From: Octopus bimaculoides | Taxonomy: Eukaryota | Direction of reading: 5' to 3' | Length of the DNA stretch: 52,912 bases | NCBI RefSeq assembly: GCF_001194135.2 | Contig: NC_068983.1 | Coordinates: 20,861,412-20,914,323, forward strand | Position numbers and translations under genes: made by a program | Notes under the pieces: model-generated | Seen by the model: only the letters and a program-made list of their open reading frames with translations | Told to the model about the DNA's origin: nothing | Database searches by the model: none | Shown here: positions 24,788 to 37,797 of the stretch, in pieces | How positions within the stretch are numbered: position 1 is the stretch's first letter | Layout of the letters: every line of letters begins with the position of its first letter

Positions 24788-26218
24788 TTCGACGACCGTA
24801 GCAGATGATTTTCGTCTGCCGACGAGATATGTGATCTCCTATGCGTTAGGCGTCCATATCAGAGGTCACCTTAAGTTAAATAATGCAGTATTCGTTCTGC
24901 CAAAACATTCACGTAAAGTCGGATACAAAGATTATATATTTAGCACTCTCTTTGTATTTTCTTTCTGTCTCTCCTTTTCGCATAGCAGTATTTTCTGTTT
25001 TATAAATAATACTTTGACTTTGTTCAGGTTTATATATATTGTTAATATTATTGATGTTTAGTTAGTTGCAAAAGTATGCTTTGCGGTTCCATTTCATCTT
25101 TTTTTATGTTCCTACTCTTATATTATAGATGCACGTATCCTTTTTATTTAGTTGCCTTCTTCTAAAAGTAAAACTCCACAGGGATGCTTTTATGCAGAAA
25201 GCTCTTTACTAGTTTCGAACAGCATTAATGCAGCGAATTATTTGGATCAGTGGCATGATTCAATTGCGTTGATCTATTGCCAATTTTTGTATCGATTTCA
25301 CAGGAGACATTGCCATCAATCAGGTAACAATTGTTAACAGCTGTGATGGAGGGAAGTGGTTATTTATATTGAATACTTCGGCCAGTATTTTGATTTGAAG
25401 ACATTTCTTAGAAAAACAAGTATATCCCCTAATAGATGAGAGATGGGAATTCTACAGTGATAGATTATGGGTATTTTCAGTAATTTATTTCATGAATCTT
25501 CCTTTGTTTTAATATTTTCGACATGCACCGTTCATTGGGGCAGCTGAGGTTAACCTCAGTTTTGGAACTACTATAGAACTGTACCTGCTACGCGATTCAA
25601 TATATATGTCTTTGCTCATCATGGACAATACGATTAGATACATGCTTAAAGATAGGCCTTCTGTTTACATTAGAGTGACGCCTTCTTATATTACGATTCC
25701 TTATATTTATATCTGCTCTATATGTTATAGGCATAGATTCACAAGTAATTCTAATATTTTACTTCTACTCTGATGTCAGTTATTCTTTTTATTACATATT
25801 GTCCATTATAACCATTTATGAACAGGCGTTGTTCGCTCAATGCTCTAATGCATTGTTTCCCAACGTTGTACGTCGTATTCCTCACTTATGAGGATCGGCT
25901 TACAGCAAGATGTAAACATATAATTTTTCTTCATTTGAAAAATAAATAATCAGCAGATTAAGCTTTGAGAAATAACAAATTAAAAGACACTGTATTTCGT
26001 TTCGATAGAACATAGCCCATTGGGGAAAAAAAATTGTTTCATCGTTAGCAATTTTTGTGAAATGAAATTCAATTAAAATTCTATTTTTGTAGGTTTGCAT
26101 AGTTGAAATTAACGACTCTTTGACCAGAGTAAAAATATCTAATTGCATATATCCATATATATATATATGTGTGTGTCTGTGTGTGTGTGTGTGTGTTTGT
26201 GTGTGTTTGTGTGTGGAT

Positions 26219-26258
<40 letters not shown>

Positions 26259-26786
26259 ATACACTCGCATAAAAAGACACACACAAACACATGTATTGTG
26301 AATCAAATAAAAGAAAATATCTTAGTATAAAAATTGAAATATTTTGTATGCAAGCAAATACCGCGGCTAATCAAATTTCCTTCGTTTAAATAGAAACTAA
26401 TCTCAGGTGTATGTAGAAAGGAGACAAAAGCCTTTCGGGTGAGTAAAACACTTCTGTTTGAAATAGCAAGAGCAAATTTTGTTTGTGTCAGGTGTCGCAT
26501 TATAATATCACAACCGCTATTAACAAAATTAATTTTATGCAGAAAGTGGGTAATCTGTAACGTAGGTATGGAAGAGCGACTAATGGCTATGATCTATTTA
26601 AGGTATAATGTAAGATTTCATGATACAATTTCAAATTGACAATCATTGTAATGTGATATTTGCTTGTGGTAAGACGGCTGCTGAAACAAGAAGTTCAAGA
26701 TGTTAATTTATGTGCAAAGCGGTTTCACTCTGCGTGCTTTAGCTTCGTTAATATGGCAACAGTCCGGATACTTATTGATCAGACCA

Positions 26787-26839
<53 letters not shown>

Positions 26840-27360
26840 GTATATATANNNNNNNNNNNNNNNNNNNNNNNNNNNNNNNNNNNNNNNNNNNNNNNNNNNN
26901 NNNNNNNNNNNNNNNNNNNNNNNNNNNNNNNNNNNNNNNNNNNNNNNNNNNNNNNNNNNNNNNNNNNNNNNNNNNNNNNNNNNNNNNNNNNNNNNNNNNN
27001 NNNNNNNNNNNNNNNNNNNNNNNNNNNNNNNNNNNNNNNNNNNNNNNNNNNNNNNNNNNNNNNNNNNNNNNNNNNNNNNNNNNNNNNNNNNNNNNNNNNN
27101 NNNNNNNNNNNNNNNNNNNNNNNNNNNNNNNNNNNNNNNNNNNNNNNNNNNNNNNNNNNNNNNNNNNNNNNNNNNNNNNNNNNNNNNNNNNNNNNNNNNN
27201 NNNNNNNNNNNNNNNNNNNNNNNNNNNNNNNNNNNNNNNNNNNNNNNNNNNNNNNNNNNNNNNTATCATACGAAAACAATGCTATTTGCAAGAAATAATG
27301 CAAGTCGATAGCTTGTACTTTTCTTGGTATTATAATATTTCGAAATTAGGACACACCATC

Positions 27361-27592
27361 TTATTTCTTTATTGCCCACAGGGGGCTAAATATAGAGGGG
27401 ACAAACAAGGATAGGCAAAGGGGTTTAGTCGATTACATCGACCTCAGTGCGTAACTAGTACTTAATTTATCGACTCCGAAAGGATGAAAGGCAAAGTCGA
27501 CCTCACCGGAATTTGAACTCAAAACATAAAGACAGACGAAATAACGCTAAGCATTTCGCCCGACGTGCTAACGTTTCTGCCATCTCGACGCC
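27361..27592 (-). mobile_element. SINE family B, full length, 15-bp TSD
   Basis: Reverse complement is colinear with 44238-44469. TSD TTAG(G/A)ACACACC(A/C)TC at 27346-27360 and 27593-27607 (13/15). Confidence 0.95.
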
Positions 27593-27990
27593 TTAGAACA
27601 CACCCTCGACTGCACTTGCATTATTTCTTATAACCTACATTATTTTGGCTTTATAAAAAATATTCAATAACGTAATATATATATCATACAACATTTCATG
27701 CAGGTTATACTACTCTCTTTCTAATAGCATTCATTATAAATGATCAATAGAGGAATCACTTGCATAATTTTGAGATTGCCTCAGATATCCTTCGCTCATT
27801 GTACTTCGTACTGTCGCAGTTAGAAATGCAATTATTTGTTTCCGAAATACTTGAAAATGAGAGCAAAAGCAACAGACACAAATTCACACGCAGGCGTGAA
27901 TGATCTTATAAACATGCACCATGCTTACAGTAATTACTTAGGTGGCCGTAAAATCACGATCACGGATGTCTTACCCTTTTCCAGCGAACT

Positions 27991-28095
27991 TCTCATTTTC
28001 AGCTGACCAGACTGGAGCAACATGAAATGAAGCACGTTGCTGAAAGCTACAGTGCACCGCCCGACCCGGAAACAGAATTCCTGAATTGTAAGATC
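27991..28095 (-). mobile_element. tRNA-SINE family E remnant
   Basis: CTCATTTTCAGCTGACCAGACTGGAGCAACATGAAATGAAG shares its core with 32614-32693 and 6488-6583. Confidence 0.6.
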
Positions 28096-28374
28096 AACAG
28101 AGTAACGTCTGGGCAATAAACTTTCATATTTAAGATTATTTTTAGTACTTTAATAAAATGTTGCTCCAGTCGAATTTATCTCAAAATTCAATTCTAGTGA
28201 CTAGTATAACAAATCTCCAATTTCTGAATATCTACTATAAAAAATAAAAAAACTTCGGCCTTCCTGATTTTGAAGTGATAAAAATAATGGAGGGGTTTGC
28301 CACAATGTCTTTCCAGATTAAAATATCTTCTGTGAAAGTTTCGCTTATATTAGAAGTTAACTTCTCAAATACAA

Positions 28375-28490
28375 GGTTCCGAGTTCAGTCACGCTCGGGG
28401 AACTTTGGGCAAGAGTTTTCTACTATAGCTCCTGGGCCGACCAAAGCCTTGTAAATGGATTTGGTTGAGGGAAACTGAAAACAAAGCTGA

Positions 28491-28534
<44 letters not shown>

Positions 28535-28864
28535 GTGCGTGTGTGTGTGAGTGTGTGTTTATGTGTGTGCGTGTTAGTGTTTGTGAGTGTTGTGTGTGCA
28601 TGTGCGCGTGTGTGCGTGTGCGCGTGTGTGCGTGTACGCGTGTGTGTGTGTGTCCTTATATTTGTGCTTGACTCCCACCACCGTTTCGCAACTGGCATTG
28701 GTGTGTTTATATCGCCATAATTGTGGTTACGTAAAAAGCGATTGACAGAGCAAGAACTAAATCTAAAAAGGTAAGTACTGAGGACTACTTGTTTCCCTAA
28801 ACCCTTCAAGCTAGGGCCCCAGTATGGCCCTGATCCAATGACTAAAACAAATAAAAGTTGAAAG
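28375..28864 (+). mobile_element. Diverged, 5'-truncated SINE family A with expanded internal (GT)n
   Basis: GGTTCCGAGTTCAGTC...TTCTACTATAGC..GGGCCGACCAAAGCCTTGT..TGGATTTGG, a ~170-bp GT-rich tract, and the tail AATGACTAAAACAAATAAAAG. Confidence 0.8.
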
Positions 28865-30085
28865 ATTAAACGTTATACAAAATCACAAGTAACAACGATA
28901 AACAACAAACGTGAATTATTCTAATATATACTCTCCTTGCTGGAGGTTAATGAGTTAAATAGTAAATAATACAGTCAAAGTTGAACGAAGAGTGTTAACA
29001 TTGCACAAACATGGTATGAACGTCTTTTGAAATACTATTTTCTCAACATCATCCTTTAGGATTTATCACATCATTAGTGAAAGAAGCAATTATATGCTCT
29101 GTTTGCACTAAAAGTGATTTATTACTATCTCATCTCAGAATCTTTCTCTTATTGACGAACATAACTAAACAGATGACAACTTGAGCAGATATTCATTTAA
29201 AACCCTTGAGAGTTTCGTCTCTTCGCAAGCTATGACCAAAAATAGTTCATAGTCAACACGACTAATTAATGAGCAGCGTATTCTACGTCAGAAAATATAG
29301 AAAGATTAACTGTGTAAAGAAGAAAATATAGAAAAGCAAAAAAAGAAAGGCATATCTAAGAGTGGAAGAGAAAAAAGAAGAGGTAAAAGGAAAATAAACC
29401 AGGAAAGATAGATATGAAATAGGGCAAATGGCATGAATATAATTTTCTTGGATCAAGGTTCATTTTCAGATTGAACATGGATCGATATGTATACACATTT
29501 ATACATATAAGGAATATATACTCTACTGCAAAGTTTCATATATATAAAAGAGAGAGGGAGAGAGACAGACTATTTGAAGACTCTGGAAATATTTACCTTT
29601 TTGAAGACAATGGAAATGTTTACGAAACATTTCAATTAATTTTTTTTCTCCAATTTAATGGTTTTTCTTTTTCACTCTTTGTTAAAAAACCCAAAGGGCA
29701 CGCACACATACATACATACATGTGTATGCGCACACACACCGACCCACACACATGCGCAGCTTGAATAACGGACAGAGTGAACAACTATTGAAAAGGTTGC
29801 AAGGCCTAACAAAACTTTTAGAAAAATAAATGAGTGGAATTTTTACCGGGGAGTGAGTTGAATTACAAGGCATTAAAAGATAATGTCTCGCCCCTGACAC
29901 ATCAGTATGTGTGTATATATATATATATTATTCCATAATTCTATACATAATCATAAAAGGGTCAGCTGTTTGCCTCGCTACGTACTGAATTAGAAATAGA
30001 CGCTAATGTATCCAGTGTTAAGTCTATTTGTTTCAAGAATATTAAAAATAAATAAAGTTATCAGCTTATGATATTTTTCACTCTA

Positions 30086-30252
30086 TATCCAAGAATAAAT
30101 ACTCACATCGGATTTAGATGTGAAATATCATGTGTTGATATGGTGAGATGTCTCAAAATTATCCAAAATGTCTTGGAAGTTTATCAAGATATAACATATT
30201 CTAATTCCTATCCAAGTAGAAATACTCACATCGGATTTAAATATGAAATATC
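30086..30252. repeat. 44-bp direct repeat, period 123
   Basis: TATCCAAG...AAATACTCACATCGGATTTA.AT.TGAAATATC at 30086-30129 and 30209-30252 (40/44 identical). Confidence 0.85.
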
Positions 30253-31496
30253 GAGTTTACTCTAGATAATTGTATTACGTCCATTCCACGGACAGTTATT
30301 TGAATAGCCCATGTCAATATTTCTATCTTATGTCACGGGAATATTGAACTTTAGATTTTATAAAGTTTATCGTATAAATTGAAAGATATCCTACAGTGTA
30401 TATTGTCTAAAGGAACGAATGAATGAATAACTTATATCAATGTAAAAAAGTTTTCACCAGGCGTGCGTCCGTATGATCTTTCGTTATTTAGAATCTTTAC
30501 TGTTTCTTTTTCATCTGAAAATTACACATGTTGTGTGTAACATCGAATTTTAAGTTTTATATTATAGTAATTCCAGAACCTCTTCGACGGTCCTGCTCTA
30601 AACAAATTTATGGTTTAGGGTTACAGTTAGGGTTAGTATTTAACGAGTATGGTGTTATTGTAAATATCTACCAAATGTTTATCCAGTCAAATTATTTTTA
30701 TCAGCAAGCAACTTTTGTGTGAAAGTGTTGGTGTGAATGCGCGCGCAACTGGACCGTACATAGAAATTTTGTTTAGAAAATACCTTTACATTCCTTGCTG
30801 TCAATTCATTAGATTAATTCCAACGTTTTTCTGGTAATAACCTATTCTATCTTTTAATTAAATATTAAAAAAGAGAGAAAATGCCACCCTCTCTTTTGCA
30901 AGAGAAATTAATTTTGGCGGTAAGGACTAAACACATTGTTTCATTATCACTATTAAAAAGCGTTTATCTTTACTTTTAAAAAGAAGAGGTGGACTCGTAG
31001 ACGTCTGACGGAGAATTATTCAATATCGTGTTCGCTTCTATGAGAATCGTTTACCTTTAAAGCGAAAAAAACCCAACGTTTACGACAGTTATATAAAATA
31101 TATTTCCGTTTCTTTAGCTAAAATGAATACCTTAGCACACATATAACATCCAAATGTACATCTTTATTCTTATGATGACATTGTGCTCATGTCACATAAA
31201 TATAAATTTAATTTATTTATTGAGTATTAATTCAAACGGCTGTAAGTGAAAATGACCAATTTGCTATTAATAATAAACAATTATTAAATCCATTCCCTTT
31301 AGTATGAAAGCCAATCTAGCTATCCTGATATTATTGTTATTATTATATTTATCCCATATTATATCCGTATAAACATGATGCAACCCCAAAATTTGAAACA
31401 CTAATTAGTATTATTAGACAGTAGCCGGCATAATGAAATAGGACATTTATTTCCACACCCCTACCGAATTTGAAAGATATGTATATCAATACAGAC

Positions 31497-31877
31497 GCAG
31501 GAGTGGCTGTGTGGTAAGTAGCTTGCTAACCAAACACATGGTTCCGGATTCAGTCTCATTGCGTGGCATCTTGGGCGAGTCTCTTCTACTATAGCCTCAG
31601 GCCGACCAAAGCCTTGTGAGTGGATTTGGCAGATGGAAACTGAAAGAAGCCTGTCGTATATATATGTGTGTGTGTGTGTGTGTGCGTGCGTGCGTGCGCG
31701 TGTGTATTTTTGTGTTTGTGTTTGTCCCCCCCACCATCGCTTCACAACCGATGCTGGTGTGTTTATGTGGTGTGTTTATGTTCCCGTAACTTAGTGATTC
31801 GGCAAAAGAGAACGATAGAATATGTACTATGCTTACAAAGAATAAGTCCTGGGGTCGATTTGCTCAACTAAAGGCGG
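31497..31877 (+). mobile_element. SINE family A, 3' end lost in gap
   Basis: GCAGGAGTGGCTGTGTGGTAAGTAGCTTGC head through GGGGTCGATTTGCTCAACTAAAGGCGG, then Ns. Confidence 0.95.
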
Positions 31878-32086
31878 NNNNNNNNNNNNNNNNNNNNNNN
31901 NNNNNNNNNNNNNNNNNNNNNNNNNNNNNNNNNNNNNNNNNNNNNNNNNNNNNNNNNNNNNNNNNNNNNNNNNNNNNNNNNNNNNNNNNNNNNNNNNNNN
32001 NNNNNNNNNNNNNNNNNNNNNNNNNNNNNNNNNNNNNNNNNNNNNNNNNNNNNNNNNNNNNNNNNNNNNNNNNNNNNNNNNNNNNN

Positions 32087-32127
<41 letters not shown>

Positions 32128-32613
32128 TTTTCCAAATCTCTTTGCCACATGTCTCGAATCGGTCATGAAGACATCGATTGGACAGGTGGCGTGAAAATCA
32201 ATGTCGAGCAAACAACACACCGATTTTCAGATGACATTGAACGCATCGCTGAAACCACAGACCAGCAGCAGATAATGCTGACATAGCTGAACACTCAGAG
32301 CTTTGCAGTAGTTCTTAAAATGATCCACACGAAAACAGAAAATATATTTCCCGCCACAAAAGCAATATAAGTTATGTTGCATAGTAGTTTTTAAAATTAA
32401 CTTTTGATCTGATATTTGCCATTCTGCGCTCAAAAGCTACCAAATCGTATTTACTTTTCAATTATTCGATGACTTAAGTTCGAATGAAACTCCTCGATAC
32501 AATTAGCTGTATAAAACCGGTTTCCCGGCTTCTGTAATCTATATATTCCCCACTGGCCGGGACGCAGGTCTGTCGTAGTATTACTCGTTTTTGCTTCGTA
32601 AACGGAATGGGTT

Positions 32614-32693
32614 AACATGAAATGAAGTTGGTTGCTCAAGAACACAACGCATTGGCCAATCCAAGAATCGAAATCACAGTCTTACGATTATGA
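32614..32693 (-). mobile_element. tRNA-SINE family E head/core remnant
   Basis: Reverse complement TCATAATCGTAAGACTGTGATTTCGATTCTTGG (B-box-like)...GCGTTGTGTTCTTGAGCAACCAACTTCATTTCATGTT. Confidence 0.65.
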
Positions 32694-32962
32694 ATCCATC
32701 TCGCTCACGAATAGAGATTCTCCACTTGAGTATCGATACAGTATTAGTAATATTCTAAAGTCTGTGGAATCGATGACCGACACTAAGAGACACATCACTC
32801 TCACAGAAGCTTAAAGTCCAGTAAGGACTATCTTCTTTGACTCATGTCTAGAATAACCGTTGTCGTTACTGTGTAATCCTCGATCAGTTAAACGTAGCAA
32901 ACATATGACCAAAGACGTCGAAGAGGTGAACAAAAGGTATTTTTTAATATAATGTAATCAGG

Positions 32963-33180
32963 AAGGTGTCGAGCTCGCAGAATCGTTTGCACGCTAGGGA
33001 AAATGCTGAGCAGCACTTCGTCAGTCATCGTGTTCTGAGTTCAAATTCCGCTCAGGTTCACTTTGCCTTTCATCCTTTTCGGGTAGATAAAATAAAGTAC
33101 CGGTTTAACACTGGTGTCTACATAATCGAGTTACCCCTTACCCCGAAATAATTGGCATTCAATCAAAATCTGAAATCAAT
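32963..33180 (+). mobile_element. SINE family B, diverged full length
   Basis: AAGGTGTCGAGCTCGCAGAATCGTT...GTTCTGAGTTCAAATTCCGC...CTTTGCCTTTCATCCTTTTCGGGTAGATAAAATAAAGTACC...AAAATCTGAAATC. Confidence 0.8.
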
Positions 33181-34724
33181 ATGGTGAAATTAGCAATATA
33201 TTATCCAAGACGTCCTTCTTTTCACTGCAGTTTCTAGCAGACTATTCGACCACATTGTGGGTCTGTCATTTGCTTATCAGCAGAAAAGTTGATGCAATCC
33301 GTACATATAATATAGAATAATAGAGAAATATTTAAGCACTCTTTAATAATTGTAAATTAATATATATTGACACGCATTCCTCAACAAGACTATATGAATG
33401 GTTTAAGACAGAATCGCACTTTCACTTTCAAATATCGACCTATTGACCTGTGAAAAGGTAATTATTTGATTTAATGAAATTATGACGGATTCACAGTATT
33501 AAATGCTAGGAGAAGCATATAGGTGTACGTACGCAGAGACGTACTTAAGTACGCACGCATGTATGCATATATGTGTGCATGTATATATACATGTATGTAT
33601 ATATATATATACATACATACCAATTAATGATAATTAACTTAGTAATAGAATGGAGGCGTCATACAATGTTAATATCTTTACAAATTGAAAGATTAATGAA
33701 TTACTATTTCCATATCCTATCTGCTCTCCATTCTCTGTGAAATGCTAACATTTGGTCACCTCACGAACGCGCACGCGCACGCACACACACACTCACACAC
33801 TAACAGGCACACAACACACGTAAGGAAATATATTTCCCGGTAATAAAGATGTGGCTTTACCCTTAAGCATGAAAATTCAATTTTCTCTTCAATTAATTCT
33901 TAATTTCTTAAAATTATCTCACATTTTTTGTGAGATTTTATGACTTGCCGCTAGGCTTTTTGTTTTCCTTCTCACCGGGGAGCCCCATCATGTGCCCTAC
34001 TGACACTTTAATCTGTGTGTAATTTCTTACTCTATAATGGCCTCTAAACTTTAGAACTCTTTGAACTGATAATACACTCCGCGCTATTTATCTCTTGTTT
34101 AGAATCTCTCAGGAGATGTACTTATCTCAACACCCAGCTTCTCCTTCCCAGGACATCGACCCTATATAATTCCATTTGTTTCCATGTATTTACTATATGT
34201 ATTGACTTATAAGTTTAAAGAGAAGAATGAATGGCATCAATCTCGCCGTCTAAGCGAACCAACAGAAACCATGGATAAGGAAGGACACTCTTTCCATACT
34301 AACAAATGAAAAAAAAAAAACGAAATAATTAAAACGTACTTGAGTACATCAACCAATACATCATCATCTGCCTGAAATATTTAAGTCCATGCATAATCCC
34401 ACTTGCGTTATTTCCCTTTTGACTCTGTTTTATTCATACAACTTTGAAAAAGGGTCTACAATTCAGTTGTTTCGTCACACAGTATTGTGAAACTGAGGAT
34501 TTAACATTGGTAAATCTTCAATTTGGTGCTCTGTCTCTGCTCATACCGTCAAAGTGTCTTAGTGATTTTCATCTTCCTACAGAGTGCGAAATTCTCCCAA
34601 ATATATCATCCGATATGGCGTGGTATTTAGTACCTATGTTAAAGTGCAGCAAAGCCACCCATGTTTTAATGTTTATTCTATTCGTGTGTTCACTACATGA
34701 TACTCTGAACTCTTACGAAAAGTC

Positions 34725-34767
<43 letters not shown>

Positions 34768-35761
34768 CTCTGGCAATCCTGAAACTCTACATTCATTACC
34801 AGAGTATCGGTTCCATTTAGAAGAACGTCCGTTGCAAATAGTCTCATATGGAAGAATGCTCTCTCTATGTAGTAGAATGATTTCTGTTCGTCTCCTGATG
34901 AAAACAAACCTAGTTCAATATGAAATATTTCACTGTCATATGTTTTGAAGATTGTTACATGCTTGTTTCTTGTTCCTTTCGTGTCAGAAAGTCTTTTATA
35001 ATATTATGAATTACGCTGGCCAACATTCTTCGTAATTAATTTGCTACTTCTAAAAAATACCCTACACTCATCAAAGCAGGATTAAGAAGATTATGATGTC
35101 TTATTGACTACGTCTAATAACACTAAAGTATATCCGTAGCTGTCATCTTGACAGCTAACAAGGATTATCATTTTCCCCCTGGAATGAAAATTAAGTTTTC
35201 TGAGAAATTAATTAAATTAAAAACTTTTGGAAATAATCTACCTTGTTTTTCATGAAACGCTAATAATTTCTTTTAGTATTCTGTTTCCTGTCCTTAAGAC
35301 ACAAATTACAATTTATTAAGGGTTTCTAGCACACGTTATTCAGAACATCACCACCTGTAACAATTCTTTATATTAAGTTATTTCCCACTTTCACTTATAA
35401 TTATGCAGTTTATAAGGGCAAGAATATTTCATAAATATATAGATATACAATTCCGTTATAGATAGGAAGAACAAGAAAAGTAATCCACCCGGTGAGGATT
35501 AAATATAATTTCATATACACAGTATTTAAATAAGAGCTACTAATAGTTTCATGTTATGGAAACAATGATTTATATAACATTTTTTTTGTCTTCAAGCAAT
35601 CCTTTAGGCTCAGTGTACGTGGTTAGTCTTAATTGAAAACCAGGACACTGAACTATGAGAATACACGAGAAAAGATGTGTAGTTGATGGAAAAAGTGGAA
35701 CGAGAAGACAAAAGATAAAAAAGAAGAGAAATAAAACCGAGAGAAGCATTTCCTTCTTATT

Positions 35762-35856
35762 ATTATCAAAGAATGTATATATGTATTTTGATACTTAAAC
35801 TGTTTTTAACATTTTATTATGATTATCAAAGTATGTATATATGTATTTTAATACTT
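35762..35856. repeat. 35-bp direct repeat, period 60
   Basis: ATTATCAAAG(A/T)ATGTATATATGTATTTT(G/A)ATACTT at 35762 and 35822 (33/35). Confidence 0.8.
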
Positions 35857-36487
35857 TTGTGACAACCAGTATTTAACACAACAAAGCTTATACAAAGCTT
35901 TACATTGTACGTTTGACAATCTTTTACTAAAAAAGTGAAACCGGTCAAGTGAATAAACTTCTTTAAAATTGCATTTTCAGACCTTCTTTCATATANNNNN
36001 NNNNNNNNNNNNNNNNNNNNNNNNNNNNNNNNNNNNNNNNNNNNNNNNNNNNNNNNNNNNNNNNNNNNNNNNNNNNNNNNNNNNNNNNNNNNNNNNNNNN
36101 NNNNNNNNNNNNNNNNNNNNNNNNNNNNNNNNNNNNNNNNNNNNNNNNNNNNNNNNNNNNNNNNNNNNNNNNNNNNNNNNNNNNNNNNNNNNNNNNNNNN
36201 NNNNNNNNNNNNNNNNNNNNNNNNNNNNNNNNNNNNNNNNNNNNNNNNNNNNNNNNNNNNNNNNNNNNNNNNNNNNNNNNNNNNNNNNNNNNNNNNNNNN
36301 NNNNNNNNNNNNNNNNNNNNNNNNNNNNNNNNNNNNNNNNNNNNNNNNNNNNNNNNNNNNNNNNNNNNNNNNNNNNNNNNNNNNNNNNNNNNNNNNNNNN
36401 NNNNNNNNNNNNNNNNNNNNNNNNNNNNNNNNNNNNNNNNNNNNNNNNNNNNNNNNNNNNNNNNNNNNNNNNNNNNNNNNNNNNNNN

Positions 36488-36518
<31 letters not shown>

Positions 36519-37754
36519 TATATAGCAACGTCCGTACACTTTGGTCTCTTATTTATATATATATATAAATAATTGCTTTCTTATTTTTGATAAGTGCAGA
36601 AGTGCGCTAACTTGACATGGATTGCTGTTCCAAATTTCGCCTGAAGTACTAAATTTGTGTATGGAAAGCGGTGTATGCAAGTTTGTAGTGTGAATTCAAA
36701 GAATCAGTATAGATTATATTCATGTTTGTTGTTGATAGACAGTTCTAGTTAATTCATATAGATAGCTTCTTTAAGTATAAAGTTTTTAACAAACCGTCTT
36801 GTGTGGTAATTTAAATAGTGACCATGATATCCTGGTTATTACATTTCTTGAGATATTTCGTAACAGCGAGTGAATTCTCTGTATAAAACTTGTTTAATGA
36901 AGATGTGCAGTTTGCAAACGATACTGTCAGTGGTTAGATCCGTGACATTCACTACTGAAATACCAGTGAAAGTGCACACATTGTTGTTGCTTTGTTTTTG
37001 CGTTTTGGGTTTCCTTCACCCCATTATTTATAATTTCTAGTGGGTTTCTTCTACACTATAATTATATGTGTACGTTCTTGTATATATACATGAAAGCATG
37101 TGAGTTTGTTTGTATGCATGCGTGTGCATGTCAAATGCATGCAGATATACAACTATATATGTAGGAATATGTTAGCATGAGTCCTTATGTACTAATCTGA
37201 ATTGTGTGCTACATATAAAGTAGTTGGAACATGAATTAAATCTGATGTAGAGTAAATAAGAATATGAAGAAATATGAGTCCATATATACGCCATATATGT
37301 ACACATACATACACCCGTCTTCATATATATAATGCACGCACACACGTGCTTCTATAAATATATGCATAAGTGCATACATACATGTGGATGTTTGTATCCG
37401 TGCGTGGTGATCAAAATTCATAGTCTTGACGTAAGTAACTATTTCTTTCCTTGAATCAACCAATAACCTATGAACTGACAATTAACGTGTCAATCTATTG
37501 AAGTTCCAGGTAATTTCAATATCAAAGTAAATGGAATCGTTTATAGTGTTCATTCCAATATATTGTAGTTGCACTACACTCATTTCACTACCACGACACA
37601 AAGAATCAATAAATTTGATATTTCGGAGAAATGAACGTAGTTATGTGAACATACAATCTTTCATAAGAAATCTACTAATTAATCCATGTAGCTACGTATT
37701 TAATTTATATCTTATTCCTTCAGTCTCTCTCTTTCTCTCCTTTTCTCCCAATAT

Positions 37755-37797
<43 letters not shown>

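Noticed and set aside
25304-25323. 20-nt micro-exon candidate (TTTCACAG|...CAG|GTAACA)
   Set aside because: Not a multiple of 3, no linked exons, and such site pairs are common by chance.
25544-25559. 16-bp perfect palindrome CTGAGGTTAACCTCAG
   Set aside because: An 8-bp arm is near chance expectation for a window this size.
32229-32270. CAGATGA...GAAAC-CACA-GAC hammerhead-like string
   Set aside because: Core and cleavage triplet are both altered, and neither stem I nor stem II can form.
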